NCBI RefSeq assembly: GCF_001194135.2
Contig: NC_068982.1
Span: 93,175,492-93,239,491 of the forward strand
Reading direction: 5' to 3'
Length of the DNA stretch: 64,000 nt
DNA from: Octopus bimaculoides
Taxonomy: Eukaryota
The notes beneath the pieces were generated by a model. That model worked only from the letters and a program-made list of their open reading frames with translations. It did not search any database and was not told the origin of the DNA. The first letter of the stretch is position 1. Each line of letters begins with the position of its first letter. The position numbers and the translations under genes are program-made. Shown in pieces: positions 63,877 through 64,000 of the stretch.

Positions 63877-64000
63877 CCAGAAAACAGTGTTATTAAGCTA
63901 GGGTACTTAAAGGGCTCTTGGCATCTAAGGTTACTTGTGGGAGCACGATGCTAGGATTTTTTTCTTTTCCAACAGGCTAATCTGTTGAGTGTATATAATA

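Overview
AT-rich, microsatellite-dense metazoan scaffold sequence with 13 N-gaps. The repeat families point to an octopod cephalopod, probably Octopus (inference, not verified). No intact host protein-coding gene is demonstrable. Most long ORFs in the track are artefacts of N-runs or simple repeats. The window is almost entirely transposon debris: at least eight fragments of restriction-like-endonuclease (R4/Dong-like) non-LTR retrotransposons, mostly abutting (TAA)n tracts and including one near full-length decayed copy; a Penelope-like RT-thumb/GIY-YIG fragment; L1/Tx1-, RTE- and CR1-like LINE relics; Chapaev3-, Tigger-, mariner- and Tc1-like DNA transposon relics; LTR-like segments; three tRNA-derived SINE families; and several foldback elements. 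The most notable structure is a head-to-head palindromic element at about 7.0-7.55 kb, with a second decayed copy at 4.7-5.1 kb. Each arm is a tRNA-like Pol III head + short (AAT)n + a tail carrying a Penelope-type minimal hammerhead ribozyme motif, and the whole unit is flanked by an 18-bp direct repeat. It is a candidate Penelope-mobilised SINE.
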